A stretch of DNA of 64,000 nt, from contig NC_090409.1 of NCBI RefSeq assembly GCF_036365525.1, positions 40,930,437-40,994,436 on the forward strand, written 5' to 3'. This document shows, piece by piece, positions 62,501-64,000 of this stretch. The position numbers were made by a program, and so were the translations under genes. Source of the DNA: Heterodontus francisci (taxonomy: Eukaryota). The notes beneath the pieces are model-generated. The model saw only the letters and a program-made list of their open reading frames with translations. It had not been told where the DNA came from and did no database searches. The stretch's first letter is position 1. Each line of letters begins with the position of its first letter.

Positions 62501-63181
62501 TCGGGAGGGTTGTCGGGGCTGGAGGAGGTTACAGAGATGGGGAGGGTTGTCGGGGCTGGAGGAGGTTACAGAGATAGGGAGGGTTGTCGGGGCTGGAGGA
62601 GGTTACAGAGATGGGGAGGGTTGTCGGGGCTGGAGGAGGTTACAGAGATAGGGAGGGTTGTCGGGGCTGGAGGAGGTTACAGAGATGGGGAGGGTTGTCG
62701 GGGCTGGAGGAGGTTACAGAGATGGGGAGGGTTGTCGGGGCTGGAGGAGGTTACAGAGATGGGGAGGGTTGTCGGGGCTGGAGGAGGTTCCAGAGATGGG
62801 GAGGTGGAGTGAGGCCTTGGAGGGATTTGAAAACGAGGATGAGAATTTGAAGATGGAGGTGTTACCGGACCGGGAGCCAGTGTAGGTCAGCGAGTGAAGG
62901 GGTGACGGGTGAACGCGACTCGGTGCGAGTTCGGACAAGGGGGAGTGAGGAGGGAGGCAAAGGTGAGAGGGAGATTGCAGCCCATGTGATGGGCAGTCAG
63001 GAGGCTGAAATATCAGCAACACTGACCTCTTAATTCATCATATTCACAGAAAAGACACAAAGGACCTGCACTGAGTGTTCCTCCAGCCGATCTTGCAACG
63101 ATAAGATACTGGAAAACATCATTCAGGAGAAGATCCTAACCACCGGATACTTTGGGCTCAACCCACACAGTAAACCCAAAG
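50579..63181 (+). CDS. VWA7: von Willebrand factor A domain-containing protein 7 (G7c), 5' part; join(50579..50589,55990..56200,58684..58959,61120..61213,63050..63181), continues beyond the window
   Basis: Spliced product [39 protein letters not shown]...[10 protein letters not shown]...[12 protein letters not shown]...RFKQAL...HFDSETL...[21 protein letters not shown]...TCTEC...C...LTTGYFG...KPK matches the recognisable VWA7 N-terminal motifs (FxPN..SITH, HFD, [13 protein letters not shown], LTxGYFG..KPxG). All junctions are GT-AG and in frame. Confidence 0.92.
50676..51247 (-). mobile_element. 5'-truncated CR1 inserted into the first unit of the following satellite
   Basis: [44 protein letters not shown]. 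Confidence 0.9.
51248..53975. repeat. About 65-70-bp compound satellite (constant core plus variable GT/GAGT microsatellite), about 40 copies
   Basis: Core ttttgctgcactcagtcagtgagttcagtgttacaggatggtgagt. Confidence 0.95.
55200..55935 (+). mobile_element. Degenerate CR1 fragments
   Basis: [14 protein letters not shown] and [10 protein letters not shown] segments. Confidence 0.75.
55990..56200 (+). CDS. VWA7: VWA7 coding exon 2 (signal peptide and mature N-terminus)
   Basis: ttttacag|A CAG ... GAG|gtaagg; [12 protein letters not shown] motif. Confidence 0.9.
56493..58518 (-). repeat. 48-bp minisatellite derived from CR1 ORF2, about 42 copies
   Basis: The minus-strand unit translates as [17 protein letters not shown], compared with CR1 [16 protein letters not shown]. 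Confidence 0.95.
58684..58959 (+). CDS. VWA7: VWA7 coding exon 3
   Basis: ttcctcag|GGG ... CAG|gtgagt; contains HFDSE and LHTLQ. Confidence 0.93.
58970..59365 (+). repeat. 33-bp minisatellite, about 12 copies
   Basis: Starts about 10 bp after the VWA7 exon 3 donor. Confidence 0.93.
59366..61012 (+). mobile_element. Young 5'-truncated CR1 LINE with uninterrupted ORF2 RT and C-terminus
   Basis: More than 500 open codons from KSPGPDG through FADD to the stop at 60938, followed by the 3' UTR. Confidence 0.96.
61120..61213 (+). CDS. VWA7: VWA7 coding exon 4
   Basis: ctccctcag|GAT ... GCA G|gtgagg; [31 protein letters not shown]. Not present in the ORF track. Confidence 0.93.
61330..62930 (-). 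mobile_element. L2 3' end with 37-bp array (about 61650-62805)
   Basis: Same structure as 46750-47870. Confidence 0.85.
63050..63181 (+). CDS. VWA7: VWA7 coding exon 5
   Basis: attcacag|AA ... AAA G|gtaaat; [44 protein letters not shown]. Confidence 0.92.
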
Positions 63182-63329
63182 GTAAATGAAGCAACACTGT
63201 GGGAGAGAATGGCAGTGAATACAATCTGGTACAATGGGCTGTACAGTGGGGGAATATATCAGAGTGGCTTTAGGAAAATTTCCCCTCACCCTGGAGGACA
63301 GCAATCAAACAACAGTGAAACATTTTACA

Positions 63330-64000
63330 GCACTGTGTACAGTTCCAGACTCCATATACCTCGGTAAGACCACACTTGGAGCACTGTGTACAGTTCCAGA
63401 CTCCATATACCTCGGTTAGACCACACTCGGAGCACTGTGCACAGTTCCAGACTCCATATACCTCGGTAAGACCACACTCGGAGCACTGTGCACAGTTCCA
63501 GACTCCATATACCTCGGTTAGACCACACTTGGAGCACTGTGCACAGTTCCAGACTCCATATACCTCGGTAAGACCACACTCGGAGCACTGTGCACAGTTC
63601 CAGACTCCATATACCTCGGTTAGACCACACTCGGAGCACTGTGCACAGTTCCAGACTCCATATACCTTGGTGAGACCACACTCGGAGCACTGTGTACAGT
63701 TCCAGACTCCATATACCTCGGTTAGACCACACTCGGAGCACTGTGCACAGTTCCAGACTCCATATACCTCGGTAAGACCACACTCGGAGCACTGTGCACA
63801 GTTCCAGACTCCATATACCTCGGTAAGACCACACTCGGAGCACTGTGCACAGTTCCAGACTCCATATACCTTGGTTAGACCACACTCGGAGCACTGTGCA
63901 CAGTTCCAGACTCCATATACCTTGGTAAGACCACACTCGGAGCACTGTGCACAGTTCCAGACTCCATATACCTTAGTTAGACCACACTCGGAGCACTGTG
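63330..64000 (+). repeat. 48-bp CR1-derived minisatellite, inverted relative to 56493-58518; runs off the window
   Basis: Unit gagcactgtgcacagttccagactccatatacctcggttagaccacactcg. Confidence 0.95.

Noticed and set aside
56493-64000. Dozens of CACAGTG/CACTGTG RSS heptamers near an antigen-receptor-like gene
   Set aside because: They are part of the 48-bp unit; no ACAAAAACC-like nonamer at 12 or 23 bp and no adjacent gene segments.

Overview
Repeat-rich vertebrate genomic DNA, almost certainly a cartilaginous fish (shark-type V-SINE/HE1, Deu-domain SINE, CR1, L2 and Penelope repeats). Most of the window is retroposon or tandem-repeat sequence, and nearly all long ORFs in the supplied track are repeat artefacts. 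Splicing exons by hand recovers three genes. (A) + strand, 3319-22257: a 157-aa protein with signal peptide, one atypical Ig V-like domain, a stalk and a GPI-type C-terminal signal; its GPI exon lies between about 11 kb and about 6 kb of a 69-bp satellite. (B) - strand, 43801-32639: a 257-aa non-rearranging antigen-receptor-like protein with a split leader, a germline-joined VJ exon ending KGQGTRLFV, one C1-set exon and apparently an immediate stop, so no transmembrane segment (light-chain-like; PRARP/VJC1/UrIg class). (C) + strand, from 50579 to beyond the window end: the first five coding exons of VWA7 (G7c), a marker of the MHC class III region. A and B are convergent; B and C are divergent. 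The best candidate for a novel system is this putative MHC-linked pair of Ig-superfamily genes. Other oddities include four minisatellite families that appear to derive from internal segments of retroposons, inverted arrays bracketing specific exons, and a perfect 61-bp hairpin between the convergent 3' ends. Gene models are manual predictions without transcript support. There are two assembly gaps (41480-41645 and 49749-49907).
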